Source of the DNA: a candidate division FCPU426 bacterium
GTDB taxonomy: Bacteria; Oederibacteriota; Muellerivitia; Muellerivitales; Muellerivitaceae
Length of the DNA stretch: 64,000 nucleotides
Direction: 5' to 3'
Assembly (NCBI GenBank): GCA_963719085.1
Contig: CAVRAL010000001.1
Span: forward strand, 1-64,000
Positions within the stretch are counted from its first letter, which is position 1. The number at the start of each line of letters is the position of its first letter. Shown here one piece after another: positions 1 through 10,332 of this stretch. The translations under genes and the position numbers were made by a program. The notes below the pieces were generated by a model. It was not told where the DNA came from and did not search any database. It saw nothing but the letters and a program-made list of their open reading frames with translations.

Positions 1-1760
1 TACCCCGACCAACACGCCTACGAACACTCCGACGGTCACCAATACGCCGACCAGCACACCCACGAATACTCCGACGGTCACCAATACCCCAACTAAGACG
101 CCTACAAACACTCCAACGGTGACCAATACTCCTACCAACACGCCCACGAACACCCCAACCGTCACCAATACCCCGACCAACACACCCACGAATACTCCGA
201 CAGTCACCAACACCCCAACGAACACACCTACCAATACCTCGACGGTGACGAATACGCCGACCAACACGCCCACGAATACGCCGACGGTGACAAATACTCC
301 GACTAACACTCCCACTAGCACACCAACGGTTACCAACACGCCAACGAATACGCCTACCAATACCTCGACGGTGACGAATACGCCGACCAACACGCCCACG
401 AATACGCCGACGGTGACAAATACTCCGACTAACACTCCCACTAACACACCAACGGTTACCAACACGCCAACGAACACGCCTACCAATACCTCGACGGTGA
501 CGAATACGCCGACCAACACGCCCACGAATACGCCGACGGTGACAAATACTCCGACTAACACTCCCACTAACACACCAACGGTTACCAACACGCCAACGAA
601 CACGCCCACCAATACCCCGACGGTGACGAATACGCCGACCAACACACCCACGAACACCCCGACGGTCACCAATACGCCGACCAGCACACCCACGAATACT
701 CCAACAGTGACGAACACCCCAACTAAGACGCCTACAAACACTCCAACGGTGACCAATACTCCTACCAACACGCCCACGAACACCCCAACCGTCACCAATA
801 CCCCGACCAACACACCCACGAATACTCCGACAGTCACGAACACCCCAACCAACACGCCCACGAATACGCCGACGGTGACGAATACCCCGACCAGCACACC
901 CACGAATACTCCGACAGTTACCAACACCCCAACCAACACGCCCACGAATACGCCGACGGTGACAAATACTCCGACTAACACTCCCACTAACACACCAACG
1001 GTTACCAACACGCCAACGAACACGCCTACCAATACCTCGACGGTGACGAATACGCCGACCAACACGCCCACGAATACGCCGACTGTGACAAATACTCCGA
1101 CCAACACTCCGACTAACACACCAACGGTTACCAACACGCCAACGAACACGCCTACCAATACCCCGACGGTGACGAATACGCCGACCAGCACACCCACGAA
1201 TACTCCGACGGTTACAAATACTCCAACGAACACGCCTACCAATACCTCGACGGTGACGAATACGCCGACCAACACGCCCACGAACACTTCGACAGTGACG
1301 AACACCCCAACCAACACGCCCACGAATACGCCGACGGTGACGAATACCCCGACGAACACGCCTACCAATACCCCGACGGTCACGAATACGCCGACCAGCA
1401 CGCCCACGAATACTCCGACGGTCACCGATACCCCGACCAGTACACCTACGAATACGCCAACAGTCACCAACACCCCTACGAACACGCCGACAGTAACGGA
1501 TACTCCTACCGACACTCCGACGAATACTCCGACGGTCACCGATACCCCGACCAGCACGCCTACGAATACGCCAACGGTTACCGACACCCCGACCAACACG
1601 CCTACGAACACGCCGACAGTAACGGATACTCCTACCGACACTCCGACGAATACGCCTACTGTCACCGATACCCCAACCAGCACGCCTACGAATACGCCAA
1701 CGGTTACCGACACCCCAACGAATACGCCGACCGACACTCCGACGGTGACGAATACGCCTA
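1..1760 (+). repeat. Coding tandem repeat, 42-bp (14-aa) unit with 126-bp and 630-bp higher-order duplications
   Basis: AATACCTCGACGGTGACGAATACGCCGACC recurs at about 233, 359 and 485. The block starting AACTAAGACGCCTACAAACACTCC recurs at 91 and 721. Confidence 0.9.
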
Positions 1761-2800
1761 CGGCCACTCCGACAAGTACCCCTACGTTCACGGATACTCC
1801 GACCGCGACGAGTACAAATACGTTTACGTCAACACCGACAGACACGCCGACTCAAACGCCGACCACTACCTCGACCGTTACCGATACCAATACGCCGACA
1901 GTCACGGATACGCTTACCGCTACGCCTACCCTCACATTGACCGTGACCGACACACCTACAACCACACCGACGAACACGCCCACGATGACCAGTACCCTGA
2001 CTGCCTCGTCTACCGCGACGGTGACGGCTACCACGACCTTTACGGCAACTGCGACCTTAACTCGCACGCCGGTCCCGACGCCGACGCTTACCCAAACGCC
2101 GACCGCCAGCTTGACGGCTACTTTGACCCCGACGGTCACGCCTTCGGCGACACCGGCGGCCACCTTTACCACGACCCCCACTCCGGCGTTCGTGGACCAG
2201 CAAGTCATCCGGATTTACGATATTCGGGGTGAGGTTATCCGCCAGATCAACGGCGTTTCCTCGTTCAGCCCGACGGATGTGCTGACCTTGAGCCTGTCCA
2301 CCTTTGTCCCAACGTCACCCGAACCGGGCGGATCGTTGAACATCAGCCTCAACGGGCAGATCATCGGGACTTGGAACGCGTTGGATAATTCGGGTAATGT
2401 GGTTCCAAACGGCATTTATCACATCGTGGTGGAAGAGCATTTCCCGGATGGGACCGTGATGATTCTGGCCCAGAACGCCTCGATTGATCCCTTTACGGGA
2501 CAAGAGACGGCCAAATTGGTCGCCGCCCCGAACCTGGCGCATCCGGGCGATACCATCCACTTCACGGCTACCTACGCCGGAAACCCGGCCGATACCCGAA
2601 GCCGGATTAAAATCTACAGCTTGGATGGGGAACTGGTGAATGAGGTGGCGGTGTCCGTCAGCGGAACCGCGACATGGGATTTGACGACTCCACAGCACGA
2701 GCCGATCGCCTCAGGAATTTACTTGGCGGTGTTGGATGGAATTGACCCGGCGTCGGGGCAATCCCTGACGAAGACCGCGAAAATCCTCTACCTAAAATAA
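2..2800 (+). CDS. Large Thr/Pro/Asn-repeat surface or secreted protein with two C-terminal FlgD-Ig-like (T9SS-CTD-like) domains; 5'-truncated by the window
   Basis: The frame is open from position 2 (ACC CCG ACC AAC). About 700 aa of [18 protein letters not shown] repeats and Thr-rich sequence precede two IRIY..GE..W..GIY units ending KILYLK. Confidence 0.85.
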   Translation, partial: TPTNTPTNTPTVTNTPTSTPTNTPTVTNTPTKTPTNTPTVTNTPTNTPTNTPTVTNTPTNTPTNTPTVTNTPTNTPTNTSTVTNTPTNTPTNTPTVTNTPTNTPTSTPTVTNTPTNTPTNTSTVTNTPTNTPTNTPTVTNTPTNTPTNTPTVTNTPTNTPTNTSTVTNTPTNTPTNTPTVTNTPTNTPTNTPTVTNTPTNTPTNTPTVTNTPTNTPTNTPTVTNTPTSTPTNTPTVTNTPTKTPTNTPTVTNTPTNTPTNTPTVTNTPTNTPTNTPTVTNTPTNTPTNTPTVTNTPTSTPTNTPTVTNTPTNTPTNTPTVTNTPTNTPTNTPTVTNTPTNTPTNTSTVTNTPTNTPTNTPTVTNTPTNTPTNTPTVTNTPTNTPTNTPTVTNTPTSTPTNTPTVTNTPTNTPTNTSTVTNTPTNTPTNTSTVTNTPTNTPTNTPTVTNTPTNTPTNTPTVTNTPTSTPTNTPTVTDTPTSTPTNTPTVTNTPTNTPTVTDTPTDTPTNTPTVTDTPTSTPTNTPTVTDTPTNTPTNTPTVTDTPTDTPTNTPTVTDTPTSTPTNTPTVTDTPTNTPTDTPTVTNTPTATPTSTPTFTDTPTATSTNTFTSTPTDTPTQTPTTTSTVTDTNTPTVTDTLTATPTLTLTVTDTPTTTPTNTPTMTSTLTASSTATVTATTTFTATATLTRTPVPTPTLTQTPTASLTATLTPTVTPSATPAATFTTTPTPAFVDQQVIRIYDIRGEVIRQINGVSSFSPTDVLTLSLSTFVPTSPEPGGSLNISLNGQIIGTWNALDNSGNVVPNGIYHIVVEEHFPDGTVMILAQNASIDPFTGQETAKLVAAPNLAHPGDTIHFTATYAGNPADTRSRIKIYSLDGELVNEVAVSVSGTATWDLTTPQHEPIASGIYLAVLDGIDPASGQSLTKTAKILYLK

Positions 2801-2832
2801 AAAAGAACCCGGCTTATTCGCCGGGTTCTTTG
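2801..2832. terminator. Bidirectional intrinsic terminator
   Basis: AAAGAACCCGGC-TTATTC-GCCGGGTTCTTT hairpin between convergent genes. Confidence 0.7.
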
Positions 2833-2865
2833 GTTGTTCCGCGCGTGATACTTCCATACTTCATC

Positions 2866-4122
2866 TTAGGGTTGGGGTTTTTGATCTTTCTTCCCGTGAT
2901 CCCTCGGAAATTTCTTCTTGTTATTCCCGTTCGATGCATTGGGGGTATTTTGCTTCTTAGGCTCCGAGGCCGAGCGCTTGGGGGCCCCGGCGGCGTTCTT
3001 TTGATCGCGCGCGCGCTCTTGTCTTTGCCGGTGAAGTTGGGCGTGAACGGCAGGGGATTTCCGCGGTTCTCCTGTTTTTTCACCCGGTTGATTTTCGGGA
3101 CGACGGTGTTTTAAAAGCGGATGTTCCCGCTGAATGGGCTTATGTTTCGCGCCGGCTGAAAGCTTTTTGGGCGCCCGATTCACCGCCCGCTCTTGGGCGG
3201 GCGCTCCGGCGGCGTTGGGGTTCGCGCGGTTCATTTGAAACTGAAGGCGCTTTTGCCTTAGGGCTTCCCGGCGGTGGATGAATTTTTGAGCCTGCGCCGA
3301 GTGGGGATGCGACTTGATCCATCTCATGCGCTGCGCCCGTTTTTGGCGGGCCCGTTTGTAAATCTTGCCCCAGGCCTTATATCGGTTATTTTCCACCGCG
3401 TTTAATTTACGCTTGGCGAGAAATCCTTTTTTATTAAAAACGAAGGTGGAGTGCTCCCCGCCATTGACCAATTGGCTCTGATCATCCTTGTCGACCTCGA
3501 CGGCGCCGTGGAAGGTGTTGGTGGTCACTTGTCCGTCCGCGTTTTGAACCTCGAAAGCCGTTCCGCGCACGCCGCAAATCACGCCGCCGGATTCCACCTC
3601 GAACGTGGAGTGGCTGGAATCCAGCTTTTCCACTTCCGATAAAACCTTGCCGCTGGTCAATTCCAAACGGCTGATAAAGCCCTGGGTCGCGTTGGGTTCC
3701 AAATCGGCGATCTTGACCGTGGTGCCTTCGGAAACATGGACCGCGGTGACATCGTTGAGACTGAGCGTGGCTTGCGAATTGTCTTTGGCGATCAAGGTGT
3801 CGCCGGTTTCCAACGTTTCCCCTTCTTCCACCGTGACGGGGTCGGCGGCCCCGTCTAAAAGCGCCAGCACGGTGCCTTGAATATCCTCGACCTCGTACTC
3901 CATCGGCGGGCCCGAGGGAGTGGGGGATGGAATAATAAATTGAAGTTGGGGTGTGGCGGAAGCCGCCGGCGCGAGGGCGACGGTGCCGGTTCCGGTCATG
4001 GTGCCGGTCGGCACAGGGGTTTCCAATGGAATCTCAGCGTTGGATTGTTTCTTGGAGCAGGACCAAGAAAAAGTCAGGATTAGGCTCAAGAGCAGGCTGA
4101 GGCCAAGCAAGGATGGTTTCAT
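2866..4122 (-). CDS. FecR-domain exported protein (possible lipoprotein) with a basic C-terminal tail
   Basis: Signal peptide ending FSWSC, Pro/Thr linker, FecR-like segment (GDTLIAKD..ATL..FEVESGGVICGVRGTAFEV), K/R/Q-rich tail. Confidence 0.7.
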   Translation of the reverse strand: MKPSLLGLSLLLSLILTFSWSCSKKQSNAEIPLETPVPTGTMTGTGTVALAPAASATPQLQFIIPSPTPSGPPMEYEVEDIQGTVLALLDGAADPVTVEEGETLETGDTLIAKDNSQATLSLNDVTAVHVSEGTTVKIADLEPNATQGFISRLELTSGKVLSEVEKLDSSHSTFEVESGGVICGVRGTAFEVQNADGQVTTNTFHGAVEVDKDDQSQLVNGGEHSTFVFNKKGFLAKRKLNAVENNRYKAWGKIYKRARQKRAQRMRWIKSHPHSAQAQKFIHRREALRQKRLQFQMNRANPNAAGAPAQERAVNRAPKKLSAGAKHKPIQREHPLLKHRRPENQPGEKTGEPRKSPAVHAQLHRQRQERARDQKNAAGAPKRSASEPKKQNTPNASNGNNKKKFPRDHGKKDQKPQP

Positions 4123-4241
4123 GAACCCCTCATAAAAATGTGATTATTTCCGGCCAATTCTATAGCAGTTGGACGGGGAACAGGGACGCAAAGTTCCAGG
4201 AATCAGTGGTAGGCCTGTTCGGGTTCTATTACCATGCGGAT

Positions 4242-5282
4242 ATGGAAATTTTTATATTACGCCTGGATCGTATCGGCGATTTCATCCTGGGTATTCCGGC
4301 TTACCGGGCGTTGCGCCAAGCTTATCCCAACGATCATTTATCCGTCATCGTTCCTTCGGGCGTGGCGGAATTGGCCAAGAGTTGCCCTTATTTTGATGAG
4401 GTTTACGTGTTTGAGGCCCGATGGCTGACGCCGGGCGAAAAGGCTTTGTCCCGGTGGAAGTCCGCCTGGCAGTTGGCGCGGTTTCTCAGGGCCCGCAGGA
4501 TCGACCTGCTGATCGACTTCCGCTACCAAAACCGCTTGGATCCGCTGGTCGCGGGTCTTTCCGGCGCTCAAAAACGGGTGGGGTTTGACCTTGGGTTTTT
4601 TAGTTTCTTCTTGACCCGGGCGGTTCCCCGACCCGGGGCGAAAATCCACCAAGTTCAACGAAACCTCCTGTTGCTGGAAAGCCTTGGGATCCAGGCTAAG
4701 GATTTAAGCTTGGAGATGTGGTGGGATGAGCGGGATGAAAAAAAGGCTCAAGATCATTTGCCGTCGCAAGAATCTTTACCCGGCCTTCCCCGTATCGGCA
4801 TTCATCTGGGGGCGGCCGCGCCTTCCAAGCGCTGGGGCCAGGATGATTTCGCGGCCTTGATCCATGAATTGGAAGCGGTCGCCGAAGGGGAAATGCTCTT
4901 ATTCGGATCCGAGGAAGATTTGCCTTTTGCCCATGAGGTGATGGATGGGCTTAAGGCGCCGGTGGTAAATCTGGTGGGCAAACTCACCTTGCGGCAAATG
5001 GCTTATTTGCTCTCCACTTGTAAGGTGTTTGTAGGCTGCGATACAGGCCCCTCACACTTGGCCGCCGCTTGCGGCGTGCCGGTGGTGAGTTTATTCTCGG
5101 CCGCCAATGAAGTGGAAGTTTGGAAACCCTGGGGGAGCCAGGTAAAGGTTTTGACCCGGCATCCCAGCTGTTCCCCCTGCCGAAGCCATGAGTGCCAGCG
5201 CACGGACGGCTATTTTTGCATGGAAGAAATCAAAGTGGATGAAGTGGTGGAGGCGGTGAAGGGATTGTTGAAATTGAGTTGA
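4242..5282 (+). CDS. Glycosyltransferase family 9 (LPS heptosyltransferase-like)
   Basis: RLDRIGD, IHLGA..PSKRW, NLVGKLTL and DTGPSHLAAA motifs; start reassigned to ATG 4242. Confidence 0.9.
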   Translation: MEIFILRLDRIGDFILGIPAYRALRQAYPNDHLSVIVPSGVAELAKSCPYFDEVYVFEARWLTPGEKALSRWKSAWQLARFLRARRIDLLIDFRYQNRLDPLVAGLSGAQKRVGFDLGFFSFFLTRAVPRPGAKIHQVQRNLLLLESLGIQAKDLSLEMWWDERDEKKAQDHLPSQESLPGLPRIGIHLGAAAPSKRWGQDDFAALIHELEAVAEGEMLLFGSEEDLPFAHEVMDGLKAPVVNLVGKLTLRQMAYLLSTCKVFVGCDTGPSHLAAACGVPVVSLFSAANEVEVWKPWGSQVKVLTRHPSCSPCRSHECQRTDGYFCMEEIKVDEVVEAVKGLLKLS

Positions 5283-5291
5283 GGGCGAGCG

Positions 5292-5861
5292 TTATTTCAA
5301 ATGGGCGTGAAGCAGAAAAGTCTCTTCCTTGGTCAAGAAGCGCCATTTGCCCGATTCCACATTCAGTTTTAGCCCGCCAATTTGAACCCGCTTTAATTCT
5401 AAAACTTTGAGCGGAGTTTTGAACTTCGCGTCCTTCAACGCGCCGAACATCCGCCGGATATGGCGGTTTTTCCCTTCATCTAATTCAATTTCCAGTTTGG
5501 TTTTGGGGCCGGCGCCGCCGGTGATTTCCAAATGAACAGCCCTTAATTTACCCTCGGTGGTTTGAATGCCCGAAAGGGCTTGTTTGATGTGCTCCGGCGT
5601 GACATGGCCCCGAACCCAGACCTCGTAAATTTTGTGACTGCCTCGAGGGCGGGAAAGTTGATCATTCAGTTGGCTGTTTTGGGTAAAGAGCAAAAGACCT
5701 TTGGATTCCAGATCCAATCTTCCGATCGGCATCCACTCCTCGGTAAAAGCCCATTCAGGCAAAAGCTCATAAACGGTTTTTTGGCCGGGGGCGCCTTTAC
5801 GGCTTACCAGATAACCTTTGGGTTTGTTCAGCATAAACAGCGGGGACGGGTGTTTTTCCAT
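5292..5861 (-). CDS. rRNA pseudouridine synthase, RsuA/RluE family, without an S4 domain
   Basis: LNKPKG, GRLD with catalytic Asp, EGKNRHIRRM. Confidence 0.88.
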   Translation of the reverse strand: MEKHPSPLFMLNKPKGYLVSRKGAPGQKTVYELLPEWAFTEEWMPIGRLDLESKGLLLFTQNSQLNDQLSRPRGSHKIYEVWVRGHVTPEHIKQALSGIQTTEGKLRAVHLEITGGAGPKTKLEIELDEGKNRHIRRMFGALKDAKFKTPLKVLELKRVQIGGLKLNVESGKWRFLTKEETFLLHAHLK

Positions 5862-5899
5862 GGCACCTTTTTACCACAGGTGCCGGAAACTCAAAGGAA

Positions 5900-7315
5900 T
5901 TAGTTTGGAGCGGCAGGTAGATCGTGAATTATTTTCTCGGCGGCGGCTTGGCCGGAGGCCACGCAGTCGGGAATGCCCACGCCCTTGAAGCCGTTTCCGG
6001 CCAGGTACAAGCCCTTAAACTCCGAAGCTTTTTGCTCGAGGCGGGCGGCTTGGCTCAAATGGCCGGGACGAAAATGCGACATGGCTTTGGAATAAAAGGC
6101 CAAATGGGTCATTTGGGGTTTGGCTTTTAGTTGAAGGATGGGGGTGAGCTCGTCTAAAACTTGCCGCGTGAGGGCTTCCTCGCCAAGAGACTGGAGCGAC
6201 TCGGCGGCGGCCGCGCCTAAAAAGGCACGGATGAGGACCAGCCCCCCGGGCGCGCGGCCCTCGAACTTTTGACTGGCGAAGGTGCAGCCCAAAATGGATT
6301 TTTTCTCGCGCCGGGGAACCACGAATCCAAAGCCGTCCAGGGGATGGCCGATATCTTCCCGACGGAAGCCGAAATTGATCGTGGCGGAATCATGGGCGGG
6401 AATCCCCCCCAAAAGCTTGTCCCATTCGGTGTCCAGATGGCCGATCAGGGGCCGCATTTGATGGGGCGGCAAGGCGAGAACCAGCGCGTCAGTCGAAAAG
6501 CCCCCGTCTTTGGCTTCCAGTTCCCAGATCCCATCCATCGGATGCTTGATGGATTTTACTCGATTTTCCAAAGACAAAGTCTCGGTGGGAAGTTTTTCGA
6601 CCATGGCTTTGGCGAAAGCGCCCATGCCTTTTTTAAAGCTCACGAAAAGCGAATAGCGCGCTCCCGAGGTTTGCGGCAGGGAAGGCCTGAAGGCCAGGCC
6701 TCGTTTTAAGGAACCGTGCCGCAATTCCATTTGCTTGAAGCTTGGAAGGGAGGCGCTCAAGCTTAAGTCGTCGGGATCGGCGTTATAAACCCCGCCGATC
6801 AAGGGTTGGGCCAGGGCTTCGAAGACTTCCTTGCCCGAGCGCCGGCGCACAAAGTCGCCCACGCTCTCGTCTTGCGGATCCACGCGTTTGGGGATCCAAG
6901 GCTCCAGATAGGCGCGAAGTTTGCCCCAAGGGGATAGGAGTGGACTCATCAATAGGGGTCTAAAGTGGGCGGGCGCCAAAAGATAAAAACCTTCGGGAAT
7001 GGGATAAAGCCGGTTATTTTTGAGGATGAAGGATGTCTTGAGTTTCGAATTAGTGCGGATGAACTCCGGTTCCAGGCCCAACTTTTGGGCCAATTCAAGC
7101 GCCGCGGGTTTATCTGTAATGAAACAATCCGGACCTTCTTCCAGAAGAAAGCCTTCTTTTTCCAGGGTGCTCAAAACCCCGCCGGCTCGTGGAGCGCCAT
7201 CGAGAATATTTAGTTTCAATGGAATGTTTTTTTCACGGGACCGTTCTAAAAGCCTTAGCGCGCAGGCCAAGCCGCTGACGCCGGCGCCGACAATGGTGAC
7301 GCGATAGGGGTTCAT
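5900..7315 (-). CDS. hemY: HemY-type proto-/coproporphyrinogen oxidase
   Basis: GAGVSGL FAD motif, EEGPDCF, DGFGFVVP, GVGIPDCV; ATG 7315 overlaps the hemH stop (ATGA). Confidence 0.9.
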   Translation of the reverse strand: MNPYRVTIVGAGVSGLACALRLLERSREKNIPLKLNILDGAPRAGGVLSTLEKEGFLLEEGPDCFITDKPAALELAQKLGLEPEFIRTNSKLKTSFILKNNRLYPIPEGFYLLAPAHFRPLLMSPLLSPWGKLRAYLEPWIPKRVDPQDESVGDFVRRRSGKEVFEALAQPLIGGVYNADPDDLSLSASLPSFKQMELRHGSLKRGLAFRPSLPQTSGARYSLFVSFKKGMGAFAKAMVEKLPTETLSLENRVKSIKHPMDGIWELEAKDGGFSTDALVLALPPHQMRPLIGHLDTEWDKLLGGIPAHDSATINFGFRREDIGHPLDGFGFVVPRREKKSILGCTFASQKFEGRAPGGLVLIRAFLGAAAAESLQSLGEEALTRQVLDELTPILQLKAKPQMTHLAFYSKAMSHFRPGHLSQAARLEQKASEFKGLYLAGNGFKGVGIPDCVASGQAAAEKIIHDLPAAPN

Positions 7316-8271
7316 GAGTTTGCTTTCGTTTCCGAGGGAGTTTCTTCCACGAGGGAGGCCAGCATAGCGATGAAGGCCGGATGGTTGCCCACGGTTTTGG
7401 CCCGCACCAGATGAAGCGATTTCCACTTGGCTTTTTCCTGGGCCAAGGTGTCGATATCGTATAAAACTTCCACATGATCCACTAAAAATCCGATGGGCGC
7501 CACCACGCAGGCGGACAGGGTCTCATAAGTGCGCCGCTCGATAAAATCCCCCAGGTCCGGCTCCAACCAGGCCTCTTCCGGGCGGCCGCTGCGGCTGGTA
7601 TAAGCGGTTTGGTAATAGGGAATACCCGCTTGGTGCGCGACCAGCTGCGCGGTTTCCTCGAATTGTTTGGAGTAAGGGGATTTCATGGCCATGGCTTTCG
7701 GGATGCTGTGGGTGGTGAAGATCAGCTCAGCCCTTTGGCGTGATTTTTCTTCCGGCGTCAATTGAGCGTAAGCCGCCTTGACGTGGTCGGTCATCGCGTT
7801 GATGAAACCGGGCCGGGTGTGCCATTCGGGCGCGTAAGTGATGTGAAACGGGGGAAAACCATGGGCGATTAAGCTTTCCCTGGCTTCGTTCACCTTAGCC
7901 GTGTATTTATCAAATGAAGCCGGGCTTCGATGCGGCGCCATAATGATGGCGAATAGATTTAATTTTCCCTGGCGAACGAGAAAGGCAAGTGTGTCGGCGA
8001 TTCGGGGATTGGAATGGGCGAATCCCACGGTGACGGGGAGGTTGAGGCACCGGGCTTGGAGCAAAAGTTCCAAAGCCTCGGCTTGTTCCTGGGTGAGCCG
8101 GTTATAGGGCGACGCTCCGCCGATTTGCTCATATTGCTTAGCGACCTTGGCTAAACGCTCTTCCGGAATACCCCGGCCTTGGGTCACGTCTTTTAAAAAG
8201 GGAGCCACGTCCTCCGGTTTTTCGGGACCGCCAAAGCCGATGAGGATGACGGCGTCATAAGGTGGATTCAA
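7312..8271 (-). CDS. hemH: Ferrochelatase (probably coproporphyrin-type)
   Basis: GFGGPE, GGASP, FTTHSIP, WLEPD, PIGFLVDHVEVLYDID. Confidence 0.92.
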   Translation of the reverse strand: MNPPYDAVILIGFGGPEKPEDVAPFLKDVTQGRGIPEERLAKVAKQYEQIGGASPYNRLTQEQAEALELLLQARCLNLPVTVGFAHSNPRIADTLAFLVRQGKLNLFAIIMAPHRSPASFDKYTAKVNEARESLIAHGFPPFHITYAPEWHTRPGFINAMTDHVKAAYAQLTPEEKSRQRAELIFTTHSIPKAMAMKSPYSKQFEETAQLVAHQAGIPYYQTAYTSRSGRPEEAWLEPDLGDFIERRTYETLSACVVAPIGFLVDHVEVLYDIDTLAQEKAKWKSLHLVRAKTVGNHPAFIAMLASLVEETPSETKANS

Positions 8272-8347
8272 GCCAAACCTCTCTTAAATGAAGGGCAAAA
8301 GGAGCCGACAGAGTAGAGCATTTTAAGCTTTTGATAAATACGCGGGG

Positions 8348-10279
8348 TCAGATTTTATGGGTTTTAACGGTTTCAATCATGGCCAGGACGTTTTCCATGG
8401 GTGTCTTCGGCAGGATTCCGTGGCCGAGATTAAAGATATGGCCTGGCCGGGTTCCGGCCAGATTCAGGATTTTTTCAGTTTCTCTTCGAACGGTTTCGGG
8501 GTCGGTCAACAGCACTTCGGGGTTTAAATTACCTTGAACCGCCAGGCCGTCCAATTGTTTCCAGGCCTCATCCAAAGGAGTCCGCCAGTCCACACCCACA
8601 ACAGTGGCTCCGGTTTCCTTTAAATAGGGGAAAAAAGGGGTGGTTTGGGTGCCGAAGTAAATGACCGGAACGCCGGCAGTCAGCCCGGCGATTAATCGCT
8701 TTAAATGGGGAAGTACCAGCCGCTCAAACTCGTCGGGCGAAAGAATCCCCACCCAGGAATCAAATAATTGAAGGGCTTGGGCGCCGGAAGCCGCTTGGGC
8801 GTTGAGATAAGCCGTGGTCGCCGCCACCAGTTTTTCCATCAAGTTATTCCAGAGTGTTTCTTCCTTTAAGAGGGCTTTGACATGACGGTAGTCCTTGGAA
8901 CCGCCGCCTTCTATTATATAAGAAGCGAGGGTAAAAGGAGCGCCGGCAAAGCCAATGAGCGGAATATCCGGTTTTAAGCGGGACCGGATCAGCGAAACGG
9001 CCTTCAACACATAATCCAGATGACCGGCGGGATCCACTTGACTCAGCCGGGATAAGTCCGACCCGGACCTAAAAGGATTTCGAATGACAGGCCCGCCTGA
9101 TTCGGCGAACTCGAGCTTGAACCCTAAGGGTTCGGCGATCAAAAGAATGTCGGCGAAAAGAATGGCGGCATCGACCCCTAAGGTTTCCTGGGCGGTCACG
9201 GTGACCTCGGCGGCCAGTTCGGGGGTTTTGCAAAGTTCCAAAAACGAAACTTTGGAGCGTACAGCTTGATATTGAGGAAGATAGCGGCCGGCTTGGCGCA
9301 TGATCCAAAGCGGGGTTCGGGAGACGGGTTCTTGGCGGCAAGCTTTTAGAAAAAGGCTTTCGGAAAGCGGAACCGTCTTGGCTTTTTCCCCGGCAAAAAT
9401 AAAAGAGCTCTTTTTGTTTTTTCGCTCCAGAAGTTCCCGGCTTTTGGCGGCCAGCTCCTTCACTAAAAAACCCATCTTGGGGTGGCTGGGCTCTAAGTCC
9501 ACGTCGATGCCGTAACTTTCCAAAGTCTCGCTGGCCACGGGCCCCACTGAGCCGATGACCATTTGATTGAAGGCTTGTTTGAGTTCAGCTTCTTCCCCCC
9601 GTTCCCGGGCGATTTGAAGAATGGTATGAATTTGATTGGCGCTGGTGAAGACCGCCACTTGCGCTTGACCGAGCCGGATGGATTCCAATAGATCCATCAA
9701 AGGTTTGACATCCTCGGGAAGGGCCCATCGGTAAACGGGAACGCTGATAACTTCCAGGGCGCCGCGGTCCTGGAGGGCCTTTAAAAATTCTCCGTTGGAT
9801 ACGCCGTATTCCTGCACGGCGATCCGGAGCCCTCGAATTGGTTTTTCATTATCTAAGACCGTCAAAAGTTCCCGCCAGGTATTGGGCTCGGGCGCGACCC
9901 AGGCGGGTTTTAAACCATACTCACCCAAGGCTTTCACCGGCTTAGGGCCCCGGACCAGGATGGGAACCTTGGTGAACGGCTCAACGACTTCTTCCCGGCT
10001 ATGGCGGGTTTCTAAACTTTGAAACAGCGCCTGAGCGCCCACGCCGGTCATGAGAATGACGAGATCGAAGACGCCTTGCTGGAGCTTTTCAAAAAACTCA
10101 AAAGCCCGGGGGTTTTCGGTGAGGCGAATTTCGCGCATGGAAGGGGCCACCCGGGGTACGCCCCCGTTTCGGCGGATGAGATCTTCCATTTCTTTCGCCA
10201 TGCGGCTTTCAAAGGCCGCGACCGTCAGGCCCTGAAAGCCCTGTTTTTCAATTGAGGTTTGGTTTAAAGTGGTGGCCAT
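8348..10279 (-). CDS. hemE: Fused uroporphyrinogen-III synthase (HemD) and uroporphyrinogen decarboxylase (HemE)
   Basis: N-half AAFESR..RGPKP..VYRWALP..FTSANQ; C-half PLWIMRQAGRYLPQY, LIGFAGAPFTLASY, QLFDSW, HIFNLGHG. Confidence 0.9.
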   Translation of the reverse strand: MATTLNQTSIEKQGFQGLTVAAFESRMAKEMEDLIRRNGGVPRVAPSMREIRLTENPRAFEFFEKLQQGVFDLVILMTGVGAQALFQSLETRHSREEVVEPFTKVPILVRGPKPVKALGEYGLKPAWVAPEPNTWRELLTVLDNEKPIRGLRIAVQEYGVSNGEFLKALQDRGALEVISVPVYRWALPEDVKPLMDLLESIRLGQAQVAVFTSANQIHTILQIARERGEEAELKQAFNQMVIGSVGPVASETLESYGIDVDLEPSHPKMGFLVKELAAKSRELLERKNKKSSFIFAGEKAKTVPLSESLFLKACRQEPVSRTPLWIMRQAGRYLPQYQAVRSKVSFLELCKTPELAAEVTVTAQETLGVDAAILFADILLIAEPLGFKLEFAESGGPVIRNPFRSGSDLSRLSQVDPAGHLDYVLKAVSLIRSRLKPDIPLIGFAGAPFTLASYIIEGGGSKDYRHVKALLKEETLWNNLMEKLVAATTAYLNAQAASGAQALQLFDSWVGILSPDEFERLVLPHLKRLIAGLTAGVPVIYFGTQTTPFFPYLKETGATVVGVDWRTPLDEAWKQLDGLAVQGNLNPEVLLTDPETVRRETEKILNLAGTRPGHIFNLGHGILPKTPMENVLAMIETVKTHKI

Positions 10280-10332
10280 CAGGGCAGTATAAAAGAGACC
10301 GGACAAAATCAAAAGAACCGACGCGAGGAACC

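Noticed and set aside
1..1760. Repeat region as a CRISPR array
   Set aside because: The units are in-frame coding repeats that vary at synonymous positions, with no unique spacers and no cas genes.
2814..3114. Short ORFs 2814-3083 (-) and 2830-3114 (+)
   Set aside because: They overlap the low-complexity tail of the FecR-domain gene and the terminator, with no independent support.
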